Shown: positions 23,810 to 36,145 of the stretch, in pieces
Position numbering within the stretch: the stretch's first letter is position 1
Layout: each line of letters starts with the position of its first letter
From: Candidatus Altimarinota bacterium
GTDB lineage: Bacteria; Patescibacteriota; Gracilibacteria; BD1-5; UBA2023
Reading direction: 5' to 3'
NCBI GenBank assembly: GCA_031410215.1
Contig: JANNYQ010000076.1
Location: 1-38,392, forward strand
DNA: 38,392 nucleotides
Notes under the pieces: model-generated
Told to the model about the DNA's origin: nothing
Seen by the model: only the letters and a program-made list of their open reading frames with translations
Database searches by the model: none
Translations under genes and position numbers: made by a program

Positions 23810-26800
23810 TTACTGTACTGTAACCTTCTCATATTTGCCAGTTGTGTGGATATCCGGTTGGTACATATAATAGGCCGTGACTGGAGGGAGAAGATACGTG
23901 CCGACATACTCTGGTCGGATATAGTAAGTATAGGTGTATGGCTGATCAGTTCGCCAGATATAGTCCTGAGTGGCGAAGACACGATCGACTCTTGCCTCGA
24001 TATGCGTCCATCAGTTCCAGTATCCATATTCACTATTCGCATCAGTGGTAGTCGAACTCTCTGTTTTGAATACTCATCGTATCGGTCTCCAGCCACCGGG
24101 TATATAGTCCTCGAGAGTGAGGTAGTATTTATTACTATTGCTTGCTTTTGGTGTGACAGTGATACGTACTCGGTAGAGTTCTCCTTTGGTAAACATCCCA
24201 CTGATCACAGGAATTGCTGACATGAATTGTCCATTTGTATCGAGTCACTTGGATTCATCGATTCGCTCGAATACTCGTGAGACACTGAGTTCTGGATGTG
24301 ATATGGGCTGTACTTGGAATATATCGATCGGTTCATCTCGAATTGAGACCTCATAATAGAGGAGCCCGGTTCCAGTGAGTCATGATATATTGAGTGTATT
24401 TCCTATGAACGACCTACGAGTATCATAGCTATATCGATGAGTTCACTTGGCTACACGTACAGGTATCTTGAGTTTGCCAGTCGCTATATCTATCGATGAG
24501 AGTCTATCGCTCGCACTCGAGAGAGATATGAGTGTCATGAGGAGCTGGATGCGTGCCTGTGTCGATATATAATATGACTCGAGGTCAACTCCTCTCAGGA
24601 GCTCGGATACGATATTGGCTGCTGCATCTCGCTCTCCTGTCTGCCCGAGGAGACGAGCATAGATCGAGAGATCAGCCGTATCATCCCAGTACCAATATGA
24701 CTCACTATTGCGAGAGCTCATACGGGATTTGAGGCTCTGTTTTGTAGTAGCATCGAGCCTACCCAGAGAGGCGAGACCAACGTTATACATCAGATAGCCA
24801 TGACGAGAGAGTTTCTTTATGTCTATATAGTTTCCCATCTCATCTGTTCTCGGATGCTTGGTACTGGCGAGTGTTGCGAATATCTCTGCTCTACTATCTG
24901 CATCATCTGTAACAGATATCGTACTGATATAGTTGAGTCCTCGAGATATCACATCATCGGGTATATGTACTCCGAGTTTTCGGAACTCGTAGAGTGACCT
25001 GATGACATATGGTGTGATATGTGTATTGGGACTCGTATCATTTTCCCAGTATTTCCAGCCACCACTCGCATCCTGCATCTTGAGTATTTTCTCTACTCCT
25101 GCTTCGAGATTTTTCTTGGCGGTTATAGTATCAACCTTGATACCGAGAGCTGATCCGAGACTGATGGCGATAGCATTTGGCAGGGTGCTCGATATCGTCT
25201 GTTCGATACAGCCATATGGATAGGCGATGAGTGCTGCGATGACCCGTTCGGGATTTTGTAATGGACTATCTGATACTGAAATAGTGACCTGAGAGTCTGG
25301 ACTCGTGTTCTTGCTCATCTGAGGGAGTGTGAGAGTGACGCCAGTATCTGTCGATCCAGAGACTCGTCGTATATCGGTGATGAGAGGAGGGCGAGCTATA
25401 TAGAGAGTCTTGATCACACTATCGAGGACAACTCACTTGCTATCTCGCAGGGTCAGAGTATAGGGAATATCACCGTTCCATACTTTTCATACTGCGACCT
25501 GATAGTCCTGTCCGATCGCCTGACTCGGCTGGAGAATCAGGGTTTCTGACTTTTGCAAAAGGGAACCACCAGTTCCAATACTGAGATCTAGAGTTGCCCC
25601 AGTTATTTGCGATGTTGAGTTAAATACTGATACTGTGATCGTCGTCGTATCTCCAGGATAGGCGATTGACGGCGCATGCGTCTCGAGTGTATAATCTCGT
25701 CTTACTGATATCGTTTTTTCACTCACTGAGAACTCTGATGATCTCGTCTGTCCGATCGCTATGATACGATAGTCTGTTACATTGTCGGGGAGCTGGAATG
25801 ATACCTTTGCATTCCCATTTTTGTCCGTGAGAACTGACGCATTGTAGTAGGCAGTGTTTCGAAATAGTGTACGCGATGAGATCTGAGATCCTCCACCGCC
25901 CTTGTCTCCACTTCCGCCATTGGATCATTTTCGAGAGAGGAACCGGTTGCGTTCGATACCTATAGCCGTGAGTGCAGTCTTCATCGTGAATGGATACTTC
26001 TGGAAAAACCGAGGGATAATATCGAGATCGATATTGCCGAGAAGTCGGATAAGACTCTCATCAACTACCATCACCTCTATCTCTCCTGATTCTCATTTTC
26101 CAGCTTTATTTGTGAGAGAAATATCTATATCGACGTTTTCACGATTTTTGTAGGTAATCTTGTTTGGAGTTATGTCCAGATTTCATTTTTTGTCTGAGAG
26201 ATCCATGATGATCTCTCCATATCCTACTGCGTATCCTCTAGCCGAGAGACCTCCTCGAGGGAATGCGATGGCCCCGATATATACATTGGGATAAAAACCA
26301 TCATCGATCAGATAGTCTCGCATATATGTCGACCCAGAATAGGCAACATACTCGTGGTCGATGACTCCACCTCGTTCGCGAGTGATATAGAGATGACCTC
26401 CACTCGAAAATGGTGTAGTGATAAGTACACGAGCTGTCTCGCCATCATGGTATATCGTCCGCTCTGGTATGACACGGAGGGTACTATCTCGACTCTGGTA
26501 GTTCCCAGTGAGATATATGAGTGTTTCGTGGATCGACTCTTGTGGTGGTGCTATGTCTGATCGAGTGATCGGGAGGATACGGAGATAATATTCACCAGCA
26601 GTGAGTCACTTGGTATCGAGACTGAGATTGGGAGATAGTATAGATCCACTTTGAATAACAGTATCTATATTATGTATTATCGGAGCTTCTTCATCTCTGA
26701 GAGTTGATACTTGTTCACTCGTATAGACCCTATTGATGAGTTCATATCGGTATTTTTTCGAGAGGCTAGGGTCCCACTTTCCGTGTTTCGGACTGATCGT

Positions 26801-29584
26801 CGCTGTGATCAGAGTTCCAGGTGTCACCATCCGACTCGTCAGAGTCGCCCCGAGAGGATTGTTCATATCAGCCATCTTGTACTGCTGTCCGAGTGCGACT
26901 GCGAGCGTCGCTGGAGTTACGACTGTCTCCCCAGTGATAGGATCTACTATCGTGACCTCAGCTGTATATATGTAGTCATCAGAGAATGATGAGAAAGCGA
27001 CCTCAGTACGGAGTACACCATATCCATCCTTATCAATCGATCCCGTTCCCTCGGTATAAAATTCGGGTGTCGGCTCGTAATAGCATCACCAGAAGCACTC
27101 TCCCCAGTAGCTCATATCGTAGTGGATACTTTTATATATTCGATATGTGAATGGGATACTTCGGATTTGTGATCCATTATAATAACGTGCTTTTACTACT
27201 CACTCGATGGTCAAGTTAGATTGGTATGATTTTTCATACCATGGATATTGCGTGTCGATATTGGCGACTTCTCGGATATTGTTGATTACGCCACCCGTGA
27301 CCTGAGGACTCGAGAGTTGTACCTCGGCGGTGAATGTAGGATTCGAGAATATCTCAACCTGGAAGTTGGTATATCCACTCGTAATATAAGTATTCGTATC
27401 TCACGCAGGTTGTATGGAGACACTATAAGAGCCTAGAGCGGCATCACTCGCGAGTATGAGACTCGTAGCTACAGACCCGTAGTCATTGGCTTTGATGCGT
27501 TTGCTCGCGACCTGTTTTCATTCCTGATCGGATATATTGATGTCGAACTCTTCTCCAGTCGGGATCGTGAGATTCTTTTCATTTTTTCTCAGGTATCACT
27601 TGATATAGACGGTCTCCCCAGGGAGATAGAGTCTGCGATCCGTATGGATATAGGCACTGTAGAGAGATCTATTGTCCCATCCGTAGTCGGATTCTTTGAG
27701 TCCAAAGTTCCATCCAGTGATCCCGTCATTCCATGTACTAACCACATAGCCGAAGTGACCAACTCATCGTGAAACTGCAACAAATGAGTTGTATCGTCAT
27801 TCATAGTCTCCCCACCATTCCGAGGTCAAACTGTATGGATTATTGCCATCGAGTTCTACTGTATTTTTTGCTAGAGTTCCATCTTTTCAGGTTTTCCCCA
27901 GTATGATCCCAGTACCCCATGAGAGAGACGAGAGTGGAGTATAGGTGATATCGTATGATTGTTTGCCCTGATTCCAGCTCTGAGTATAGAGTTGTGATAT
28001 ATTATTGCGGAGTGTGATATCTTGTTCGCTCCGTGGCTCTCCCGTTCGTATATCGGTTGCGAGCAATTGTGTCTTACCGCTGGAGTCGATTTTCATCGTG
28101 ATATGTGTATCGACCACAGAAAATACTCTCGGTGCGACCCATCTGTCCAGACCCGTGATATCTTCTTTGTTTTGGAACGCCATGATATAGAGTCCTGGAG
28201 TGAGTCACTTCGCTATGAATCCATTCACATCAAAGGTTGTAACCGCAGATCCTGGGGTCATTGCGATCGTTTTTTTGGTACAGGCTGATACAGTAGATCC
28301 TGAGAGTAGATCATATACCGATTGTGTATGATCTTTTTTCCTGAGCTCGTTCATCCGCTCGACTCTCGCATATCCCTCGAGACTGATCTGGCAGAGCTTG
28401 ACTTCGTATTCATCCTTGACTCCTTGACTCCGATAGAGTTTTGCTGGAATGACATCACCATATCTGAGTATGGTTTTGTTACCTCATATTCTCAGAGAGA
28501 GTGATGGGATCGCCTTAGCTGTGATATCGAGTGAGGTACTCGTAGATCGACCATATATATCTTCGATACTATCGAGGGAGATTCGATACTCTTTTGACTC
28601 CAAGAGTCTCGCATATACGATTGCCCGATTGGGGGAGAGCTCGAGATCCGCCTCTGTCACATTGATCTCCGGAGATATAGAGAGATGCTTGAGGAACTCT
28701 ATCTTGGCTGATTGTCTATTCTCCATATATTCTCTACTATAGAGTGTCCCAGTATCTGCGAATATATCCGTCGCAAAATGGAACTCGATCCGACTCTGCA
28801 TATCGTACTCTGGCGAGAGTATATCAGTCATTACGCCGCTCGCAGTGAATACATCAAGCGGAGGGAATATGATGGAGGTACTATCGCCCACAACTCCCAC
28901 AGTGATACATCCATCACTTGGATATTCGTATCACTCCAATATATAGGTACCGACTTGTTTTTGGCTGATGGTATGATTTTCGAGAGCTCTTTGTTTCATT
29001 AGGGTCCATGCAGATGGATCTGATTCGATACTACAGCTACGATCGGCCCCCATTTTTTTACTAAACCATCTCACATCAGCAATGTCTATACCACTATATC
29101 CGTATATAGTGAGCTCATAGTTCATATCTCTTGGGAGTCATATTCTCCCCAGCTCTATCCCTCTTGGATCATCGGAGTAGGTGAGTGAGATATTGCGTGG
29201 AAGCTCCCATTTTCTCGTTGTTGTATTATTATACGTCTTGGCATCTATTGTTATGACATCTCACTTGACGAATTTAGTTGGAGATATGAGTATATTTGCC
29301 CCACTCACTACGAAATTCGCCTCTCCAGAAACTGTTGGATCCCATGTTTTCCCATTTTTGGTAATTGCTCACTTGACTGCCTCGGGGTCGAGATATCCGC
29401 CGTAGATAGCAGATGCGAGCCATGGTTTGTTGAATGCGACATTGAGGGATTGTCCTACTTGTTTCTCAGCTCATACCAGTGTGAATACGAGCGTCGTCGT
29501 CGCTAGTGTATATGCGTGATAGCCGAGGAGGCCGACCGCAAGAGTTGCGAGTACTACAAGCAGGTACTGTGGGATTTTTGCCAT
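23810..29584 (-). CDS. Bacterial alpha-2-macroglobulin family protein with thioester motif (1924 aa)
   Basis: Track ORFs 28931-29125, 28484-28900, 27887-28183, 26606-26875, 25487-25726 and 24443-25417 all share the frame of ATG 29584. By hand reading only TGA interrupts it, 26 times, down to TAA 23810-23812. The thioester site YPYGCIEQT has GCIEQ at 25199-25213. MG-domain signatures include HTDRRLYLPGETVYIKG and VVDESLIRLLG. The C-terminus carries LEDYIPGGWRP. The N-terminus has a hydrophobic anchor, MAKIPQYLLVVLATLAVGLLG. Confidence 0.9.
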
Positions 29585-29611
29585 AAAAAAGAGACAGTGA
29601 ATATGTATCTT

Positions 29612-29639
29612 AGTATAGATTTTATGACGATGTTTGCAA
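29612..29639 (-). promoter_or_regulatory. Candidate promoter of the A2M gene (TTGCAA-16-TATACT)
   Basis: On the minus strand, TTGCAA lies at 29634-29639 and TATACT at 29612-29617, 27 nt upstream of ATG 29584. Confidence 0.4.
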
Positions 29640-29647
29640 GAGGAAAA

Positions 29648-30322
29648 CTATATCTGGTAGCGGATTGCCTCGATCATCTTCTCTATATTGGGTTCAAGTG
29701 GTGTTTGAGGCATCTTGGCATCCACGATGACGAACATATCACCAGTTTTTCTATCTTGACTCCGCCCCTTTCCAGACACCTTGAACCGAGTTCCTGGTTT
29801 GGTTCCTGCCTTGACCTTGAGTGTGAGGACTTTGCCATAGACGGTTTTGACTGAGATAGATGTATCATAGAGAAAGTCGAAAAATGGTATTGCAACAGTC
29901 TCAGTGACATCGAGATTCACGATTTCTTTTGTTGGTTCTGGCTCTCTCGCTTGTTGTCGAGACTGTGTACGTCCACCACCGAAGAGGTCTCCGATATCGA
30001 ACTCGACACTACCACTTGATCCGCCAAACTGAGAAAAAATATCCTCGAATCCAGCAGACTGTTGTCTTCCGTTCGATCTCCTCTGTCCACCACCGAACGG
30101 ATTGCCCTCAGTAGAACCTGTCTGATCATAATTCTTTCGTTTTTCTTTGTCTCCTAGTGTCTGATAGGCCTCATTGATTTCCTTGAACTTTGTCTCTGCT
30201 TTTTTATCATTTGTATTGCGATCGGGATGGTGTTCCATTGCTTTCTTTTTGTAGGCTTTTTTTATCTCAGCCTCTGTGGCAGTCTTGTCGACACCGAGAG
30301 AGGCATAATAGTCTTTTGACAT
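29648..30322 (-). CDS. J-domain co-chaperone (DnaJ/CbpA-like, no zinc finger, single C-terminal beta-domain)
   Basis: [11 protein letters not shown]...[16 protein letters not shown] carries the HPD motif. It is followed by a G/F-rich linker and a short C-terminal substrate-binding-like domain, with no CxxCxGxG repeats. ATG 30322 lies inside track ORF 29648-30370. It is 224 aa and ends in TAG. Confidence 0.85.
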   Translation of the reverse strand: MSKDYYASLGVDKTATEAEIKKAYKKKAMEHHPDRNTNDKKAETKFKEINEAYQTLGDKEKRKNYDQTGSTEGNPFGGGQRRSNGRQQSAGFEDIFSQFGGSSGSVEFDIGDLFGGGRTQSRQQAREPEPTKEIVNLDVTETVAIPFFDFLYDTSISVKTVYGKVLTLKVKAGTKPGTRFKVSGKGRSQDRKTGDMFVIVDAKMPQTPLEPNIEKMIEAIRYQI

Positions 30323-30414
30323 AGTGTGGTATTGATATAGTAGGAAGACAGTATATCCAAAAAATAACACCTGTCAAAGATACACTTTACTGCTGTTGGG
30401 AGAAATACCAATAT

Positions 30415-30765
30415 CTATTTACCGATTCATTTAATTGCATCATTAATTTTTCTAGATAATGCTCTCGGTATAACCATACTGTCTCATTTGATTTTTATAT
30501 CTTTCAATAGAACAAATTCTTCTTCCGATAATTTCCCCTGTATATACCAGAGAAGATCATCACTCGTGATAGCAGAGTGATGATCTTCTAATTTTTTGAA
30601 AATCGGAATAGATTGCAGTCATCTATATTTCCTATCACCAAGATTTTCTAGTATTACTAATACTTCTTTCGTTACTTGGTGAGTTCCACTCAATCACCCG
30701 AGTAAGTCTGAGTTGATCACTTTTTCCTTATCAGGAAGCCAGGTACTATCAAGTTGTGTTGGCAT
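30415..30765 (-). CDS. Hypothetical protein (116 aa, table 25)
   Basis: Hand translation from ATG 30765 gives MPTQLDSTWLPDKEKVINSDLLG-G-LSGTHQVTKEVLVILENLGDRKYR-G-LQSIPIFKKLEDHHSAITSDDLLWYIQGKLSEEEFVLLKDIKIK-G-DSMVIPRALSRKINDAIK-G-IGK, ending at TAG 30415-30417. It has four in-frame TGA and I recognise no family. Confidence 0.4.
30551..30589. repeat. Perfect 15-bp inverted repeat with 9-nt spacer
   Basis: AGAAGATCATCACTC (30551-30565), GTGATAGCA, then GAGTGATGATCTTCT (30575-30589), followed by AATTTTTT on the plus strand. It lies inside the minus-strand hypothetical ORF. Confidence 0.7.
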
Positions 30766-30833
30766 ATTATAGGAATTGAATACAATACCAATTGTATAAG
30801 TATTGCAAATATTGCAAGTATTAATTATTAGTA

Positions 30834-32702
30834 ATGTCAAAAAATCCAGATCATATCCAACATATTCTCTCTAATCTTCCAAAAACACCCTGAGTCTACC
30901 AGATGAAGGATGCGAAAGGGGGAGTGATGTATGTAGGCAAGGCGAAGAGTCTCAAGAGTCGAGTTGGTAGCTACTTCGTCAAAACGAGCGATCTCTCAGT
31001 GGCTAAGCGTCAGATGGTAACCAAGATCGCAGATATCGAGATCATCACCTGTCAGACTGAGGTCGAGGCTCTCATCCTCGAGACCAATATCATCAAGCAT
31101 CTCACACCAAAGTACAATATATTAATGAAAGATGATAAGAATCTTGCCTACCTCAAGATCACCAATTCTCCAGTTCCAGAACTCATCAAGACTCGCCAAA
31201 AAATCCGAGATGGAGGCATATATTTTGGTCCATATGTATCCGCAGTGGAGCAATCAGTACGAGCATTGCGTCGGATATTTCGCATCAGGAACTGTCGTGT
31301 CAAGTTCGCAAAGAGAAACGACAATATACAAGTGACTGACAAAGCAGGCCTAACACTCCCATGTATCGACTATTATATCGGTCTTTGTCCAGCTCCCTGC
31401 ATGCTCCATAGCTCGAAGATAGGTGAACATAGTACTAATATTACTCGTGTACAAGGATTCTTATCGGGAGAGGCGAGTACGGTATTCTCGGATCTCGAGG
31501 CTAATATGCGAAATAAGGCTCAGGATCTCGACTTCGAAGAGGCTCAGAAAATCAAAGAAACTATCACGGCACTCCGAGGTCTGCATGAACGACAAAAAGT
31601 CAGGGATATAGTCGATTGAAATATCGATATATGTATACAGTATGAAAAGTATGATAAAACATATATAGCACTCACACAAGTAAGATGATCACAGATTGTG
31701 GGAGTATTTCGTCATGAAATAACAATATGAATCGATGAAGGAGAAGATATTATGATAGCATTTCTGATGAGACAATATCTATCAACTGACTCTCCAGATT
31801 TTCCTGATATATTGCTCTGTCAGCAAGAGTTCAGTGATACGGCGTTCACCTGATTTCTCCGATGACAGCGTATCCAACTCGAAACTCCGAAAATCTGACC
31901 AAAAAAAGACCTCCTCGACTTCACACGCGATCAGCTCCGAGAGTATGCGTACAAGCGGGAACTCGCAACCCTAGAGAATAAGAGCCTCACGAGAGCCCAT
32001 ATGGTCAATGTGCTCGAGCGACTCTCGTATCTTGTTCCTACGAAGGGAGAGATCGTGTTCGAGTGCTATGATATATCACATACAGATGGACACTTCACCT
32101 ATGCGAGTCGAGTAGTGATAGTCAATGGCAAACCTGATCCATCGAGATATCGCAAGTACAAGATCAAAACACTTGATGATGGAATGATCGATGACTATGC
32201 TTCACATCATGAAGTGATGATGCGACGGACAATCGAAGGAATCGAACAAAATAATTTTCCTCATCTCATCATCATCGATGGAGGCAAATGACAACTCTCG
32301 AGTGCGATATCAGGTATCAAAGAGGGCATATATACTGCAAAAAGTGACCAAAACTCTATACCTCCTATTTGCTCCATCGCCAAGCGAGAAGAAGAAATTT
32401 TCCTCCCTGGTAACTCAGGCCCCATAATATTCGCCCCGGGTACACCAGAGCTCATGGTACTCCAAAAGGCTCGAGATGAGTCTCATAGATTCTCTATCAC
32501 AGCGAACAGGTCCGCTCGAAGCAAGGCCATGAAAAAAAATATCCTCGAAGAACTCCCAGGCATTGGTCCTGTCACACGACGCAAGCTCCTGAAACTCGCA
32601 GGAAGTGTCGATGGAATCAGGGATATATCATCTGCAGAAATATCCAAAATTTGTAATATTGCTCAAGTGGAGACACTGCGAGATCATGGGATTATCTGAT
32701 AA
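30834..32702 (+). CDS. uvrC: Excinuclease ABC subunit C
   Basis: ATG 30834 is in frame with track ORFs 30903-31619, 32001-32291 and 32454-32699. The GIY-YIG N-terminus reads LPKTP-G(TGA 30891)-VYQMKDAKGGVMYVGKAKSLKSRV. The endonuclease region reads IIIDGGK-G(TGA 32289)-QL, and the C-terminus has an HhH motif (LPGIGPVTRRKLL). It is 622 aa and ends TGA-TAA, so the true stop is TAA 32700-32702. Confidence 0.93.
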
Positions 32703-32741
32703 TTTTTTCACAAAATCCTATTCTTCACTATACTCCGATGT

Positions 32742-33716
32742 ATGTATATCCTCGCATTCGAAACATCCTGTGATGATACCTCTATAGCGGTGATGCGTGA
32801 TGATGAGTGCATATCCCTCTCGACTCGTACTCAGCTCGAGCATGATATCACAGGTGGAGTAGTACCTGAGGTAGCAGCTCGTAGCCATGCGAATGCTATA
32901 TTCCCATGTATCGATGATGCACTTCGTGATGCGGGGATCGAGCTCTCCGATATCGATCTCATCGCTTGTACTGATCGCCCTGGTCTCGCTCCCTCGCTTC
33001 TCACGGGTCTTGTTGTTGCAGATACTCTCGCACTCTCGATGAAAAAACCAATACTAAAAATCGACCATATTGAGAGTCATATATTCGCAAATTTCCTCGA
33101 TCGAAAAGAATCAGATATGGTATTTCCTGCGGTAGTGCTAACTGTCTCTGGCTGACATACTGAGCTCTACCAGTGGAACTCTCTATTCGATCTCCAGATT
33201 ATTGGACAGACTCATGACGATGCTGCATGAGAGTGTTTCGACAAGGTATCGAAGATGCTAGGTATGGGTTTCCCAGGGTGAAAAAAAATTGCCGATCTCG
33301 CAGAGAAATATACAGGGGTATACGAGGGGATTTTCCCACTCGTTCTACTCGATCGTGAGTCTCTTGACTTCTCGTTCTCTGGACTCAAGAGTGCGGTGAA
33401 GCGATATATCGATATTCAGATAGCTACACCTGAGTGACTCACTCAGGATAAAAAGATACAGATTGCCTATGAATTCGAAGAAGTAGTAACGGATATCTTA
33501 TCCAAAAAGCTACTCAGAGCCGCTGAGCAGAAAAATGCTAAAATGATCCTCCTTGCCTGAGGTGTGAGTGCCAATACTAAGCTTAAAAATAAAATACAAA
33601 AGATTGCAGATATTGCTCATATCCTATTCCTTGCACCGACTCGGACAATATACTCGATGGACAATGCGGCGATGGTGGGGATGAGGGCATACTATGAATA
33701 TAGCAAGAATATATAA
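32742..33716 (+). CDS. tsaD: tRNA N6-adenosine threonylcarbamoyltransferase TsaD (Kae1/Gcp family)
   Basis: ILAFETSCDDTS is followed by VSG-G(TGA 33153)-HTELY, HDDAA-G(TGA)-ECFDK, LA-G(TGA)-GVSAN and SMDNAAMVG. It is 324 aa and ends at TAA 33714-33716. Confidence 0.93.
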
Positions 33717-33748
33717 GCTTATTGTCAAAGGGTTTTCTCTATCTCGCT

Positions 33749-33776
33749 TTGCTTTTGCTTTAGCTTCTTATATTAT
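33749..33776 (+). promoter_or_regulatory. Candidate promoter (TTGCTT-16-TATTAT) of the DsbA-like gene
   Basis: TTGCTT lies at 33749-33754 and TATTAT at 33771-33776, with the ATG at 33807. Confidence 0.3.
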
Positions 33777-33806
33777 AGAGTCGTCTATTTTTTATTATTC
33801 TCTCTT

Positions 33807-34721
33807 ATGTTCGGCAAATCAGAATCTTGCACAACCAATTGTGTCACTCCTATTCTCCTCGGTGTTCTCATCATCCTTAATGTGTTCGGACTATTTCTGC
33901 TTATGGGGAACTCATTCTCCCTCCCTGCGAGTATCTCAGTTGATCCTATAGGAGTAAAGAAAGCTCTCCTAGAAATCGAATACTCAAAAGTCGGTGGCAA
34001 GACAAACTATGATATCATGACTCAGGCACAGAACCTCTCAGTCAATGATCCACAGAATCCATCGAATATAGAGGCAATGAAGAAATATATTTCTACATAT
34101 GCTAGTGGAACTAAGGCAACTACTCTACCTACAGCATTAGCAAGTGGCGCTATCATGACACCAACAGAGATCGCAATGATCCTATCTGGTGCTGCTCTCG
34201 AAGGGAACAAATCAGCAGATATCGTCGCTATCGAATACTCTGATATGGAGTGTCCGTTTTGCATCAAACAGTATAGTGAGACAAAAATTCAGGCATCTCT
34301 CTTGGCTCAGTATGGAGACAAGGTTGCATTCGCATTCAAAAATAATCGTGGAGTCAATCATCCTGGAACAGAGGCAAAAGCTCTCGGAGCACTCTGTGCC
34401 AAAAAGGTGGGCTGAGATAAGGCATATAATCAATTCTACAAAGCGATCATGGATGGTACGACACAAGGGAGTGTCTATCCAGTATCCAAGCTTGGAGATA
34501 TCGCCAAAAAGCTCTCACTTGATATGACGAAATGGCAGTCTTGTATTGATAGCAAGGCGACTCTCATAGGACTCGAAGCTGAGACGACTGAGGCTCAGAA
34601 ATATGGAATGTGAGGTACCCCAGGGACACTCCTCCTCAATGTCAAAACAGGGAAGTACACAACGGTCGAGTGAGCATATCCATTTTCATCATTTACTGAG
34701 AAGATCAGCTCTATCCAATAA
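33807..34721 (+). CDS. DsbA-family thiol:disulfide oxidoreductase, membrane-anchored
   Basis: The N-terminus has a hydrophobic segment, ILLGVLIILNVFGLFLL. The thioredoxin-fold active site is ECPFC. Track ORF 33807-34415 continues through 3 TGAs (...YGM-G-GTPGTLLLN...) to TAA 34719-34721, giving 304 aa. Confidence 0.8.
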
Positions 34722-34732
34722 CTGATAGTTAC

Positions 34733-34766
34733 AAAAAATACTACTGAGTACTCAGTAGTATTTTTT
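34733..34766. terminator. Bidirectional rho-independent terminator between convergent genes
   Basis: AAAAAATACTACTGAGT / ACTCAGTAGTATTTTTT is a perfect 34-nt palindrome with A-run and T-run flanks. It lies between the DsbA-like gene (+) and the rRNA methyltransferase gene (-). Confidence 0.85.
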
Positions 34767-34827
34767 ATTTGCGTCTCCATTCACTCGAGAATGTATTGGA
34801 TATCGTATCTCATTTGCGATACTCGAG

Positions 34828-36141
34828 TCAGAGTACTTGCTCAGCATAGGTGATGAGAATATGTTCATCAGTCCCAACTGATACTATAGGCTCACCTCTC
34901 AGGTATTTATCAAGTTCTTTCTCATCTGAAATACTATACTTCGGAGTATTGGTCATATCGAGATATCGCCATGCTCGATTGCTTACCGTGAATCGACCAT
35001 GATCTACTATTCCTATCTGTTCTCCATATCGCATGAGAAATACTCTATCTCTGATTCGTGTTCCTGTCTCGTCATTTTGTACTGCCAGTATCTTGTTCTC
35101 ATGCTCATAGAGAGTCACTCCATTCTGAGATTGCCATGGAGATGTATTGCCACGGAAGAGTCGGAGTTCTTTGTTGTTCGTTATCTGGAATTTCGGCTCA
35201 GATTTTTTCCATGATTTCTCTCCTATCTCCTCATTTTCATTTATCCCATATTTGACTCATAGGGATTTTGTTTTCTTGATTTTTGCCACAAAAAACCCAC
35301 CTGTTCCATCGATATGTGGCCAGAATTTCTTCTGAAAAACTATCTCAAATGCATTTCCATACTTTTCATACATAGTATCGAGCACTCACTCATTCTCGAT
35401 CAGATTGAGTGAACAGGTTGAGTATATCATCTCACCTCCGACTTTGAGCGTATGGAGGGCTGCATCGAGGAGCTTAGTCTGGAGTCGAGCTATTTCCTTG
35501 ATATTTTTGAGGTGCCAGTGTCGAACAGCATCAGTTCACTTGAACAATGTACCTTCTCCACTACAGGGAGCATCCAGTAGTACGCGATCGAATATCTCAT
35601 CATGATGACGATAGAGTTGTCCTGGATATAGGGTGATACCGATATTGGCACTCCCCATGCGTTCCAGATTTTGTAATAGCTGTGGGAGTCGCTCTCGGGT
35701 CGGCTCATTTGCGATGATAAAACTCTTCGGATAATATTCTGCGAGTTGTGTTGTCTTACCACCTGGACTTGCTGCTACATCAAGGATCAAAAAATTTTCT
35801 TCATTGATTGTCGAATTGGCAAGTATATCGACAGGATGAGCTGCAGCGAGCTCCTGAATGTAGAAGTTGCCAATGAGATGATCACTCGAGAATCCGAGTC
35901 GGCGCTCAAGTGGATCGAAGTCAGCACGACGATCCATGGCAAAAACCCTAGCAATAGGAGTTGGTGTGAGTATCCAACCGTCTGATTGGAGGTTTTTTTT
36001 CACTTGTTCCATTTTTCATGGTTTGATACGGATTGTACGGAGTATCGGTTTTTGTATTGCCTCGAGGAACTGTTGCAGTTCTGTTTCGTTGCTCGAGAAA
36101 CAATTATCTCGGAAGTAGGTAATGAATCGGTCGTTGATCAT
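34828..36141 (-). CDS. RsmB/RsmF-family (NOL1/NOP2/Sun) RNA m5C methyltransferase
   Basis: Track ORFs 35536-36012 and 34828-35118 share a frame (894-nt offset). The N-terminal extension across a TGA reaches ATG 36141 (MINDRFITYFRD...RTIRIKP-G-KMEQ). Motifs seen: DVAASPGGKT, DAPCSGEGT and YSTCSL. It is 437 aa. Confidence 0.85.
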
Positions 36142-36145
36142 AATT

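Noticed and set aside
27589-27804. A 71-aa minus-strand ORF in the track lies inside the A2M region. Plus-strand off-frame ORFs such as 3349-3843 lie inside the giant gene.
   Set aside because: They are out of frame with the flanking A2M or giant-gene fragments. The in-frame table-25 reading here gives a textbook MG-domain sequence (HTDRRLYLPGETVYIKGYLR...).
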